This document shows, one piece after another, positions 1 through 11,806 of a stretch of 64,000 nt of DNA. Below the pieces are notes generated by a model. The model saw nothing but the letters and a program-made list of their open reading frames with translations, ran no database searches and was not told the DNA's origin. The position numbers and the translations under genes are program-made. Numbering within the stretch: position 1 is the stretch's first letter; the number at the start of each line of letters is the position of its first letter. The DNA is from Callorhinchus milii (Eukaryota), in contig NW_024704742.1 of NCBI RefSeq assembly GCF_018977255.1, positions 72,170,001-72,234,000 on the forward strand, given 5' to 3'.

Positions 1-35
1 TGGGTGGGGGGTGAGATGGAGGGAGGAGCTTGTAC

Positions 36-854
36 CTGGTATTTGGACACCTCCTTGCCCTGCCTGTCCTCCAGGCTCTCCAGCTGTTTGTGTAAGGAGT
101 CAATGACATTCTTGAGACCCTCGATCTCGGAGCCTCGGGACTGCAGGAGACGCCGGTACTCAGCCGTCTCTTCCTTGATGGATCTGACGGCCTGGTTGTT
201 CTTGTTGGCCATCTCAGCCACGGTGGCCACCTTGGTTCGGTACCAATCCTCGGCCGCCTGCATGTTCTTATTGGCTAGCGTCTCGTACTGCGAACGGATC
301 TCCTTCAGGGCCACGGCCAGGTCTGGTTTGGTCACCTCCACCTCCACAGTCAGGTGGGCAGCCTGGATCTGGGACAGCAGCTCGGCGTTCTCCTGGCCAT
401 GGACCTTCTTGATGAAAGCGATCTCCTCCACCAGGGAGCTGACGGTCCCCTCCACCTCACTGTTGGCCAGGACCACTTTGCCCGCCTCCTCCCTCATCTT
501 GTGCAGGTTATCCTCAGCCTCCAGCCGCAGACGCACCTCTTCCTCGTACTTGTCCTTCAGCTGGGAGTAGATCTGGCGCAGCCGCTCGCGCTCCCCCTCC
601 ATCCGCGCCTTCTCGTTGCTCTCGGCATCCAGCAGAGCCCGCAGGTCGCGGATCTCCTGCTCGTAGATGAGATGGAGCCTTGGGGGGTCAGATTGCTTCT
701 GTCTCAGGGCTTCCAGCTCCACCAGCAGCACCTTGTTCTGCTGCTCCAGGTAGTGAACCTTCTCGATGTAGGTGGCGAAGCGGTCGTTCAGGTCCACCAG
801 CTGCTCTCGCTCCTGGGCTCTCAGCGTCAGCAGCTCCGCGTTCACATTACTCAC
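36..854 (-). CDS. Neurofilament-light-like intermediate filament, coding exon 2 (coil 1A to coil 2B); gene continues beyond the left edge
   Basis: Manual translation, 273 codons, no stops: VSNVNAELLTLRAQEREQLVDLNDRFATYIEKVHYLEQQNKVLLVEL...YEQEIRDLR...VTKPDLAVALKEIRSQYETLANKNMQAAEDWY...LEDRQGKEVSKYQ. Has the IF LNDRF motif and is colinear with NEFL as recalled. CAG acceptor ending at 855; phase-0 GTACAA donor at 35, the conserved first-intron position of type IV IF genes. Not listed in the ORF track. Confidence 0.93.
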
Positions 855-959
855 CTGCAGGGGGCAACAAATCAAATACCTTGGTAGCCCAAAGTCAACC
901 AAATACCAGCCCAAAACGTAGCCCAATATCATGCGTAGCCCAAGGTCAACCAAATCGGA

Positions 960-1152
960 GTTCTGCGGCGTAGTGGCCAGAACCCTCGCCTCGCAAGCGA
1001 GAGGACCCAGGTTAGATTCCCGGACACTGCTACGCGCAATTGTTTGCCACGTTTCGCCCACAAAACTTTACAGTAGATTCTGTGAAGTGCTTTGAGATAT
1101 CTCGAACACATGATAAGACGCTATATCAAATGCAAGGATTATTATTATTACT
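960..1152 (+). mobile_element. tRNA-derived SINE (head plus L2-type tail, middle deleted)
   Basis: tRNA-like head with A/B-box remnants, joined to the family tail ending gctatatcaaatgcaaggat(TAT)n. Confidence 0.7.
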
Positions 1153-1269
1153 ATTAAATACTAGCCCAGTAACATGCATTGCCGATTGGCCATTCTGCTT
1201 CGCACAGCCGGAAACGCATATTTTTGAGCTGGCATTTTAAAACTATGCAAGAAAGGTTTTTTTTTTCTC

Positions 1270-1480
1270 TTCGACCGTGCCTTCAGCTCCCCTCTCGACT
1301 CCGTACCTCCTCCTCGCTCCCTCCCCTTCCCCTGACCATTTCCCCCCTCCTCGCTCCCTCCCTTCCCTCCCCGACCATTCCCCCCCCCCCCAATGCTCGG
1401 GTCCCGACCCAACTGTCCAGCGCTTTGGGACGTCCTCCCGACGTGAAAGGCGCTCTGTAAATGGAATCTTGTTGTTGTAG
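1270..1480 (+). mobile_element. L2 LINE 3' end fragment
   Basis: Matches the 3' ends of the longer L2 copies (ttcgaccgtgccttcagctcc...ggacgtcctcccgacgtgaaaggcgct...(TTG)n). Confidence 0.85.
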
Positions 1481-1782
1481 TTGTGTGTGAAAAAAACACA
1501 CATTTTGCGGGTTTACATTTTTTAAAATATATATATATATACACACACCTGATTTTATTATATATATATATATACATATTATATATATTATACACCTATT
1601 AAAAAAAAGCATTTGCCCAACCGGTGTTTTTTCACGGGTGCCACCCCAAAAAAAAAACAACCCCCCCCTCCCCCCAAAAAAAAACAACCCCCCCAAAAAA
1701 AAACAACCCCCCCCAAAAAAAAAAAAACCGCCCAACTTGGGCGTGAAAACCCGCCCAATCTGAGCAGCGTCGCTTCGCTCAC

Positions 1783-1995
1783 CTGCGACAGGTCCACCCG
1801 CTCGGTGTAGTCCGCGAGCAGCGCGGCGGCGGCGCTGCTCCGGGCCGCCCGCTTGGGGCCGGGGCCGGGGCCGGGACCGGGGCCCGGGGAGCGGTGCACC
1901 GAGTACAGACCCGAGCAGACGCCGGTCTTGGTCGGGCGGCTGCGGTGCTCATCCCACGGTTTGCGCAGAGGCGCGAAGGGCTCGTAGGCGCTCAT
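1783..1995 (-). CDS. Neurofilament-light-like gene, coding exon 1 (head domain, 71 aa)
   Basis: MSAYEPFAPLRKPW...ADYTERVDLSQ followed by a GTGAGC donor. DLSQ|VS joins exon 2 in phase 0 and recreates the NEFL-type 'DLSQV' head motif. TATA box about 70 nt upstream. Confidence 0.85.
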
Positions 1996-2054
1996 GTTGC
2001 CGCGCGGACCGCTCAGGAGCGCGGGTTTTGCTGCAGTGAAACCCCTGCAATGCC

Positions 2055-2130
2055 GCACCGCTATATATATAACCCGCCCCCCCCTCGCCCCCCCGCCCGT
2101 CAGCAGCACCAATCACGGACGGGCGGATTT
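2055..2130 (-). promoter_or_regulatory. Promoter of the neurofilament-like gene (TATA, GC boxes, CCAAT) in a CpG island spanning about 1740-2400
   Basis: TATATATA at about 2062-2071, GGGCGG boxes beside it, CCAAT at 2109-2113, high CpG density. Confidence 0.7.
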
Positions 2131-2599
2131 CGCCGACGACAGCAACTTGCACTTATTTCTTTGGCTTTTATTTGGTACCGTCGCGAGGCGCCTCGAGGCG
2201 CCCGGAAGACGTGATGAGGCGCTACGCCGCGTCGAGCGCGAGGATTGTTGTACGGCGCTTCCTCGCGCGGGGGGGGCGGGGGGTAGCGTCCAAGAGCGCT
2301 CGACTGCAGGGGCGGGGGGGGCGCGGGGAGGAGGAGGAGGAGGAGGGAGGTGACCGCGGACATTGTCGAGGAGGAAGGTCTTCAGGCGCAATCTGAAGAC
2401 GGGTTAAGTGAGGGGCAAGTCGGAGGGATAGAGGGAGAGAATTCACTCCATTTCTCCCCGGGTTTGACTGCTGAGAAACCGTTACCTGCTCGTTCTTGTG
2501 ATCTTTATTCACTTCGACCAGGATATGATGATGATGATAATAATAATAATAATAATAATAATCCTTACATCCCAACAAACATCTGTGGAATTTCCACGT

Positions 2600-3062
2600 A
2601 TTATAATAATAATAATCTTTGCATTTGATATCGTGCCTTATCACGTCATGGAGATGCCTTAAATCGCTACGCAGGACACACTGTAAACAACATCAAATTG
2701 GATTTATAGAGAGCCTTTCAAATTAAGAGCACGTCCCAAGGTACCTCGCCCAAGCATAAAGCGGATTCATTATGTATTTTGTGGGAAAACCACCACAGCC
2801 AATTGTGCACGGCAATTGTTGTCCAGGACACTGGAAGAAACTCCCTTCTCTTTTTGAATAGTGTCATGGGATCTTTGACATCCCCCTGAACAGGCAGACG
2901 GGACCTCGGTTTAATGCTTCGGCCAAAGGACGGCATCTCCAACAATGTAACGCACTCGGAGCACTGCATTGGCCTGTCAGCTTGGACTGTCATTCCAGGT
3001 CCTGACGTGGGGCTCGAATCTTCTGACTCAGAGGCGAGACAGTGACCGCTGAGCCAGACTGA
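2600..3062 (-). mobile_element. DeuSINE (SacSINE1/AmnSINE1-like)
   Basis: Reverse complement shows a tRNA-like head, the Deu-like core (gatgccgtcctttggccg...aaagatcccatgacactattcaaaaagagaagggagtt) and the shared tail. Confidence 0.7.
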
Positions 3063-3134
3063 CACACGGTATAGGTGGGATGCATGGAATTCTCGGTTTG
3101 GTTTGGATATTCTTAAGCAGGGTGATTGGTTTAA

Positions 3135-3135
3135 A

Positions 3136-3192
<57 letters not shown>

Positions 3193-3670
3193 CATCCTTG
3201 CGTTTGATACGGGGGCCTTATCATGTTTCTGCATGTGTCAGTCACCCGGCTGACCAAAAAAATACATTTGATATAATTATACCAGCCACCCTTTTCAAAT
3301 CGTTTCGCAGGATTTTACTGTAAAGTGTAGTGACTGTGTGGGGAGACACAGCAGCCAATTAGCACACAGCAACATCCCACAAACAGCCATGAAGTTAATC
3401 ATCGATTTTATTTGAGGGATTGTCAGCCAGAAAACTGGAAGGCAGTGCTCCCTTCTTTTTTCCAACAGCACTGCGGGATTTTTAATGTCCAACTGAACAA
3501 CACAGATGGGATCTCGGTTTAATGTCTCATCCAAAAGATAGCACCTCTGACGATGCAGCGCTCCCCCAGCACTGTGCTGGGGTGTCAGCCTGGAAGGTGA
3601 GCTCAAAATCTCCGTTGAGCTGCATGAACCCACAACCTATTTAACGAGAGTGACTGCCTGAGCCCAGCGG
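3135..3670 (-). mobile_element. DeuSINE copy plus long (TAA)n tail
   Basis: Deu-like core (ggatgagacattaaaccgagatcccatctgtg...ggacattaaaaatccc) on the minus strand; (TAA)n run at about 3136-3192. Confidence 0.65.
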
Positions 3671-3844
3671 CCACCGTTCACAATGTATGTCTGCAGTGCA
3701 GTCCTCCCGGGCGGGTCTGCACTTCATTGCTCCCACTCACAGCATCAGGGCCAAAGCAGAGCGGGAGGAGCTGTCAAACAAAGGATATGCTGCTCCCGAC
3801 TGCTTTGCCGCAGCATCTTCACCAAGTGCTGAAATTGGCAACTT

Positions 3845-4228
3845 CACCCCCTCCCCCAGTGCACCCCCTCCCCCCCCAGTGCACCCCCTCCCCCAGTGCA
3901 CCCCCTCCCCCCAGTGCACCCCTCCCCCCATGCCCCCCCCCCCCCAGTGCACCCCCTCCCCCCCCCCCCCAGTGCACCCCCTCCCCCCAGTGCACCCCCT
4001 CCCCCAGTGCACCCCCGCCCCAGTGCACCCCCCCCCCCAGTGCACCCCCTCCCCAGTGCCCCCCCCAGTGCACCCCTCCCCCATGCACCCCTCCCCCCAG
4101 TGCACCCCCTCCCCCCAGTGCACCCCTCCCCCCCAGTGCACCCCTCCCCCCCAGTGCACTCCCTCCCCCAGTGCACCCCCTCCCCCCAGTGCACCCTCCC
4201 CCCCAGTGCACCCCCTCCCCCCCAGTGC

Positions 4229-4272
<44 letters not shown>

Positions 4273-4275
4273 TGC

Positions 4276-4311
<36 letters not shown>

Positions 4312-4590
4312 AGTGCACCCCCTCCCCCCAGTGCACCCCCCCCCCAGTGCCCCCCCCCAGTGCACCCCTCCCCCAGTGCACCCCTCCCCAGTGCACCCCC
4401 TCCCCCCGCAGTGCACCCCTCCCCCAGTGCACCCCTCCCCAGTGCACTCCCTCCCCCCAGTGCACCCCCTCCCCCAGTGCACCCCTCCCCCAGTGCACCC
4501 CCTCCCCCCAGTGCACCCCCTCCCCCCAGTGTACCCCCCCCCAGTGTACCCCTCCCCCAGTGTAACCCCTCCCCGCCTCCCCCAATGTAC
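3845..4590. repeat. C-rich minisatellite (CCCCAGTGCACCCC(T) core) with poly-C runs
   Basis: Dozens of cagtgcacccc units separated by C tracts. The Pro/Gly ORFs in all frames are repeat artefacts. Confidence 0.95.
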
Positions 4591-4739
4591 CCCCTCCCCG
4601 ACATTAACTATGCGAAGGGTTTAGAGACATTAAGGAGGGAATTGCGTGTCAATCACCTCCATGACGCTGATCAGAAGCCCAGCACCTTCCACCGCTGGAG
4701 GAATAACCTGGGAACAACAACATCAACAGCGTTCACACA

Positions 4740-4945
4740 GTGTTTTGGAAATCTGGAACTCTCTCCCCCAAAAGGCTGTGGATACGGATCCATTAAAATT
4801 TTCAAAACTGAGGTGACTTTTGTTAGGTCAAGGAATAAAGGGATATGGACAAGGATGGGTAATTGGAGTTGAGGTACAGATCAGCCGTGATTTAATAGAA
4901 TGGCAGAACAGGCTCGAGGGGCTGAATGGCCTACTCCTGTTTCTT
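4740..4945 (+). mobile_element. CR1 LINE 3' end fragment
   Basis: tggaactctctcccccaaaaggctgtgga...gaggggctgaatggcctactcctg resembles a CR1 3' UTR. Confidence 0.65.
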
Positions 4946-5689
4946 CACACAGGATTGCATCTCCAGGCGCGGGCTGGAACGTCAGGCTGGGAGGCTGAGC
5001 CCGCATTGAGTGCCCGGCACCACGTCCTGTGCCTTAAGTGTCCTGTGTCTGACTGTGACTGTGCCACCAGCCACCACTAGGGGCAGCTTAAGCTGTCACA
5101 GCCCTTCCCATTACAGCTCAACTCAGCACGTCACCCAACGACAGGCCCCCTGGTGCCCCTGTAGGTGGGGGAGAAGCTCCGCTATGACTCACAGTCACTG
5201 TCAACCCCCTGCCCCCCTCCCTGCAGTATTACCCAAACCCAAACTGAGAATTCTTTTCATCCCATCTCTACATGGAAATTCCCAAGATGTTTATTGAAAT
5301 GGAATGTACACTTTCTCCTTGGAGGGACGCATTCTGCTTTTTCTAAATGTGGGGAATATTAGGTGTAGGTTGGGAAGAGTCAAGGGACCCCAGAGTCCCC
5401 TCACCCTGACCATTTCCCCCCTGCTCGGGTCATGACCCAACTGTGCAGCGCCTTGGGACGTCCTCCTGACGTGAAAGGCGCTTTATAAATGGAATCTTGT
5501 TGTTGTTGTTGTTGTTATTGGAGTCTAACAGTCTAAAACCGCATAGCTTGCCTTTGAGAGCACTATCTGGCAAGATTTCCCGCTGCTTGTCCACCTACGA
5601 CCACCCTGCCCATTAGGGCTTTGGCTTGCAGGGTTAACAGGAGCCGAATGTGAAGAGTCCTTGCCTTCCTTGCCTTGTCCCTCCATCCC

Positions 5690-8650
5690 CACACACCCTT
5701 CTGTCAACCGCTCCCTCCACATCGAACTCCAAAACGTCCGCTCCCTCTGTAATAAGGCCCTGGTCATCAACGATCTCATCCTTGATGAGAGCGTCGACAT
5801 CATAGCCTTAACGGAAACCTGGCTCACCCCAAGCGACACCTTCCCCCTCACGGAGGCCACACCACCCGGCTACACCTCCCACCACATCCCTCGCCCCAAC
5901 CGCCGTGGCGGTGGTGTAGCCCTTATCTCAAGGACACCACTTGCCCTATATCCCTACTCCTCTGGCTCTTTCCCCTCTTTCGAGCACCTCACCCTCTCCC
6001 ACCCCTCCCATCTCTCACTCAAAATTCTCCTCCTCTACCGCCCCCTAAAACCTCTCCCACCTTCATCTCCGATATTTCTATCCTCCTAACATCTCTCTGC
6101 CTCTGCTCTGATCGCCTCATCATTCTGGGCGACTTCAACCTGCACTTCACCCCCTCCTGCTCCATCTCCTCGGACTTCTCCTCCCTCCTCTCCTCACTCA
6201 AACTCTCCCTCCATATCAACTCCGCCACTCACATTCACGGTCACCCACTCGATTTGGTGATCACCCGGGGCCTCAGTGTCTCGGATGTCACCATTACCGA
6301 CAAGGCCGTCTCCGATCACCACTTCATCTCCTTCACCACCTCCACCCCCCTCCCTACCTCCACCAGACCCACCACCATCTTCTACCGCCCCTGGAAGAAG
6401 TTACCCCCACAATCCCTAACCGCTGCCTTGGAGTCCTCTGAACTCCTCTCCCTCTGGCCTTCAACCCTCACTGACCCCTCTTCTGCTCTCACCCTCCTCC
6501 ACAACACCCTCTCCTCCACACTCGACACTCTTGCCCCCATCACCTCCCGTACTGTCTCTTACTCTCGCTCCTCCCCCTGGTTCACCACCCACCTCCGCTC
6601 ACTGAAGAGCCAGGTGCGGGCCGCTGAACGCACCTGCCTCAAATCTGGCCTAACGGTCCACCGGCAAATCTGGCTGGACCTCCTCAAAATCTACCGCTCC
6701 ACTCTAGCCTCGGCCAAGTCGTCCTTCTACTCCAGGATAATCCTGGAGGCGAAGAACAACCCCAGGCTTCTGTTCTCCACCACATCCCGACTCCTCCGTC
6801 CCCCCCACCACCCCGCGCAGGTCATCTCCTCCAACCTTCACTGCGAGGAGATGTTAGATTTCCTTGAATCCCAAATCAAAGGAATCCACTCCGTGGTCAC
6901 TGCCCCTCCAACTTCCACCCACCCCCCTCCCTCCCTCCCATACTCCGACTCCTACCCATCCTCCCCTACACACCTTTGAACCCGTTTCCCCACCCTCTGT
7001 CACCAAACTCATCTTGTCCTTGAAACCCACCACCTGCTCACTGGACCCCATCCCCACTCCACTCCTTATCTCTCAGCTCCACCTCTTTGCCCCACTTCTG
7101 ACAGACACCATTAACTTGTCCCTCTCCTCTTCCCCTCAAAACTGCCACCATCACTCCCACATTGAAAAAACCGTCCCTTGATGCGTCGCAGCTATCAAGC
7201 TACCGGCCCATCTCCAACCTCCCCTTCCTGTCCAAGGTTCTCGAAAGAGTCGTCGCCTCCCAGCTGCGCTCTTTCCTCTCCACCCACTCACTTTTCGAAC
7301 CCCTCCAGTCGGGTTTCCGTGCTGCCCATAGCACAGAAACTGCCCTGGTCAAGGTCACCAATGACATCTTGACCATCTGCGACCAGGACTCCCTCTGCCT
7401 CCTCGTCCTCCTCGACCTATCGGCCGCATTCGATACGGTCGACCATTCTATCCTCCTCCACCTCCTGTCCTCCCACCTCAACCTTCAAGGCCCTGTCCTT
7501 GAGTGGTTTAGGTCCTACCTCTCCCGCCGTCTTCATTTTGTCTCTGCAAACGCTTTTCCTCCAGCCCCCGCACTGTCTCGTGCGGTGTCCCTCAGGGCTC
7601 TGTCCTCGGTCCCCTCCTCTTCACCCTCTATATGCTCCCCCTTGGTGACATCATCCGCAGACATGGGGTTAACTTCCACATGTATGCGGATGACACCCAA
7701 CTCTACCTTTCCTCCTCTACCCTCAACTCCACGACCACCGATGTCCTGACAGCTGCCTGTCCGACATCGAGTCCTGGACGAGAGACAACTTTCTTCAGCT
7801 CAATGTGCGCAAAACTGAGGCCCTCCTGATTGGCTCACGTCAGCGCCTCCGCACCTCAGGCGCTGACAGCATCAGCATCCAAGGCTGCACTCTCCACCTC
7901 TCAAAGCCATCAGGAACCTCGGGGTTCTGTTCGACCCTGAGCTGTCCTTTCTTCCCCACATCCGCACCACAACTGGCACCGCCTTCCATCACCTCCGGAA
8001 CATCGCCAGACTACGGCACTACCTCACCCCTCACGCTGCTGAAACCCTGGTTCACGCCTTTATCACCTCAAGGCTGGATTACGGGAACTCTCTCCTCGCC
8101 GGCCTTCCCGGCCCCTCCCTCCACACTGCAGGTCATTCAGAACTCTGCAGCTCGTGTACTGTCCCGCACCAGGCTTCGCGACCACATCACTCCCACCCTC
8201 GCTCGCCTCCACTGGCTCCCCATCCCCCAGAGGATCGAATTCAAGATCCTCATCCTCACCTACAAGGCCATTCACGGCCTCGCTCCCTCCTACCTCTCCG
8301 ACCTTCTATCCCCCCACGTACCTGCCCGTAACCTCCATTCCTCTGGCTCCGGTCTGCTCCACATCCCCCGCCCCAACCGCCCTACCATCGGTGGCCGGGC
8401 CTTCAGCCTCTCAGCCCCGAGGCTCTGGAACTCTATCCCCCAGTGCCTTCGCCGCCTCCTCCCTTTCCTCCTTCAAGGCCGATCTCAAGACCTTTCCCTT
8501 CAACCGTCCCTTCAGCTCCCCTCTCGACTCTCTACCCCCTCCTCGCTCCCTCCCTTCCCTCCCCTCACCCTGACCATTTCCCCCCTGCTCGGGTCCCGAC
8601 CCAACGTGAAAGGCGCTCTATAAATGCAATCTTGTTGTTGTTGTTGTTAT
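5690..8650 (+). mobile_element. L2-clade LINE, near-complete ORF2 (APE endonuclease plus RT), frameshifted
   Basis: Motifs in order across frames: [88 protein letters not shown]. (TTG)n tail. Confidence 0.95.
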
Positions 8651-9004
8651 CTGCCCTTCCAGGTCCTGACGATGAGCCAGGCTGGGCTGTGCTGTCATCA
8701 GCAGTGCCCTGGAATACTGTAGATCCGCTGGCCAAGGAACCCAACCAGAGACCCTCACAGAGGGCTCGATTCCAACATTCCATTGCGAAACACGTCACTT
8801 TGGAGCTAGTTCCCGCTTACCCCCACCCAATGAGGATAGTTACTAGTTGTTCATTTGACATCTGACAAGCGTGGGTTTGAGTTCTCATTGGATGAATGGC
8901 TGGTACCAGGTTCCCTGTGAGTTTCCTGATGGCGAACACAGCTCAGCATGAAATGAGAAAAACTCCACTGAGGTAATACCCCCTCCCCCCTCACTAAGGT
9001 CAGT

Positions 9005-10240
9005 GTGTGTGCAGGGTCACTGTCATTGGCTGTATTGGGGCTGTGTTGGGTTTGTGCTGGTGCTGGGCTATGTTGGGGCTGTGTTGGTCTTGTGCTGGGC
9101 TGTACTGGGGCTGTGTTTGACTGGTGCTGAGCTGGGCTGTATTGGGTCTGTGTTGGGTTTGGGCTGGTGCTTGACTGTGTTGGGTCTATGCTGGTGCTGT
9201 ATTGGGGCTGTGTTGGGTTTGTGCTGTGCTGGGCTGTGTTGGGTCTGCGCTGGGGCTGGGCAGTATTGGGGCTGTGTTAGGTTTATGCTGGTCCTGCATT
9301 GCGTCTGTGCTGGTGCTGGGCTGTATTGGAGCTGTGCTGGGCTGTATTGAGTTTGTGCAGGTGCTGTATTCGGGCTGTGTTGCGTATGTACTGGGCTGTA
9401 TTGGGGCTGTGTTAGGTTTGTGCTGGAGTTGGTGCTGGAGCTGTGCTATATTGGGTCTGCTATATTGGCTCTGGAACTCTATCCCCCAGTGCCTTCGCCG
9501 CCTCCTCCCTTTCCTCCTTCAAGGCCGGTCTCAAGACCTTTCTCTTTGACCGTGCCTTCAGCTCCCCTCTTGACTCTCTACCCCCTCCTCGCTCCCTCCC
9601 TCCCCTCACCCTGACCATTTCCCCCCTGCTCGGTTCCTGACCCAACTGTACAGCGCCTTGGGATGTCCTCCCGACGTGAAAGGCGCTCTATAAATGGAAT
9701 CTTGTTGTTGTTGTTGTTGTGCTCCGCTCAGCGGACTCTGGCCTGCTTCACGTTCCCTGCCTTCCTAGTCCCACTATTGGCAGGCGGGCCTTCCGCCACT
9801 CTTCGCCCACCCTCTGGAACTCCATCCCGCAATCTCTCTGTCTCGCCCCCTCCCAGGCCACCTTCTAAAACCCACCCCAAAACCCTTCTCTTCGACCGTG
9901 CTTTTGATCCCCCTGCCCTCCCCTCCCCCCTCCCCCACCCTGACCCTCAGCTCGAGTCCGTAACTCTGTCTGTTCAGCGCCTTGAGATGTCCTCCCTATG
10001 TGAAAGGCACTATATAAATGTAATTTTGTTGTTGTCGTTGTGCTAGTGCTGTGTTGTGTCTGTGTTGTGTCTGTGCTGGTGCTGTGCTGTATTGGGTTTG
10101 TGCTGGTACTATATTGGGGTTGTATTGGGTCTGTGCTAGTGCGCTATCGGCTCTGTGTTGGGTCTGAATTGCTGATGTCCTGTATTGGGTTTGTACTGTA
10201 TTGAGGCTGTGTTGGGTCTGTGCTAGTGGTGTATTGGGCC
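9005..10240. repeat. Degenerate TG-rich minisatellite interrupted by L2 3' fragments (9468-9720, about 9720-10040)
   Basis: gctgtgttggg/gctggtgctg units flanking L2 tail sequences. Confidence 0.75.
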
Positions 10241-11806
10241 TGGCTCTTCCCCAATGACCCCGTACCCTAGTTGAAGCCTCCCCTCCAGGCTACTCCTTCC
10301 ACCACACACCCCCGTGCAAACCAACGTGGCGGTGAGGTGGCCCTCATCTCCAAAGCCTCCTCTTGCTGCTTCCCCTCCTTTGAGCACCTCACCCTCTTCC
10401 ATCCCTCTCTCCCACTGAAAATCCTCCTGGTCTACTGCCCCACTAAGTCCCCTGGCTCCTTCCAAACAGACATCTCTACTCTACTCTCTTCTCTTCCCTT
10501 TCCCTTTGGTTTGAACGCCTGCTCATAATGGACGATTTCAACACCCACTTAAACTCCCCTTGCACCACTTCTTCTGACTTCACTGCCCTCCTCTCCTCCC
10601 TAAACCTCACCCTTCACATTAACTCACCAACCCACAACCGTGGCCATGGCCTTGACCTGGTCATCACCTACGGCCTTGACATTTCCGACCTTAGCATAGT
10701 GGCAAGGCCATCTCGGACCATTTCCTCATCTCCTTCTCCTCTCAATCCCTCTCTCCTCCACCAAGCCCTCAACCATACTCTATCGCCCATGGAAAAGGCT
10801 ACACTCTGAGACCCTCACAAAGGCCCTCACATCCTCAAATATCCTATCCCTCTGGCCTTCCACCTGCGGAGATTCTGAAGCAGCCGTCCAGCTGCTCCAA
10901 GATCGCCTCTCCTCTACCGTCCCCATCGTGAGCTCCTACTACGACTCCCATCCTACATTCCTTCTTCCCCATCTTCCTCCCTCTCACCCACCATCACCTC
11001 AATGAAACCCACCACCTGCTGCCTCGAGCCCCTCCCCACAAACTTGCTGATCACTCAGCTCCCCCTCCTCTGCCCACTATTGGCTGATGTCATCAACCAG
11101 TCCCTCTCCTCTGGATCAGTCCCTGCCCCCCTCAAAACTGCTGTCATCACCCCCCTCCTCAAGAAACCTTCCCTAGATCCCTCAAACCCCAGGCACTACC
11201 ACCCTATTTCTAACCTACCCTTCCTCGCAAAAGGCCTAGAAATATGCGTTGGTGCCAACCAACTCCGCGCACACCTCCTCGACTTCTCCACTGCTTTCGG
11301 CACATGAATCACGCCATCCTCCTCCACTGGCTTTCCTCTGTCATCCACCTCAGTGGGAACGCACTCGCCCGGTTCGAGTCCTACCTCACAAACTGCCAGC
11401 AGTACATCTGCACAAATGGCTTCTCCTCTCACTCTCACCCGGTTACCTGCGGGTACCCCAAGGATCCATCCTTGGCCCCCTCCTCTTTCTAATTTATATG
11501 CTCCCTCTTGGGGATGTCATCCGCAGATATGAGGTACATTTCCACATGTATGCGGACGACACCCAACTTTATTTTTCCACCTCACTTTGGGACTTCTCGG
11601 CTGGACTATTCTAACGCCTTCCTCGCCGGTCTCCCCTCCACTACCATCCATAAAATCCAGATCAACCAAAACTCTGCCGCCCGCATTCTTACCCGCACCA
11701 AACTCCGCTCCCCGATTACCCCAGTCCTTGCCAGGACTGCACTGGCTGCCTGTCCCAGAGAGGATCGACTTCAAGATCCTCACCCTTGTCTTCAAATCCC
11801 TCCACT
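10240..11806 (+). mobile_element. Older degraded L2 LINE
   Basis: [59 protein letters not shown] with many deletions. Confidence 0.88.

Noticed and set aside
4..887. Plus-strand ORFs of 188 and 177 aa
   Set aside because: Antisense shadows of the neurofilament rod exon.
1500..1740. A/C homopolymer-rich stretch giving Lys/Pro and Gly/Phe ORFs
   Set aside because: Low complexity, probably poor base calls; intronic.
2214..2420. Possible divergent first exon in the CpG island (ATG at 2214, (GAG)n)
   Set aside because: No recognisable protein, no convincing donor or downstream exon.
3687..4872. Pro-rich/Gly-rich ORFs (extensin- or formin-like)
   Set aside because: Open in all frames because of the C-rich tandem repeat.
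5690..8650. Intact autonomous or domesticated reverse transcriptase
   Set aside because: Several frameshifts and a deletion in the 3' stem-loop; ordinary L2 copy (some indels may be sequencing errors).
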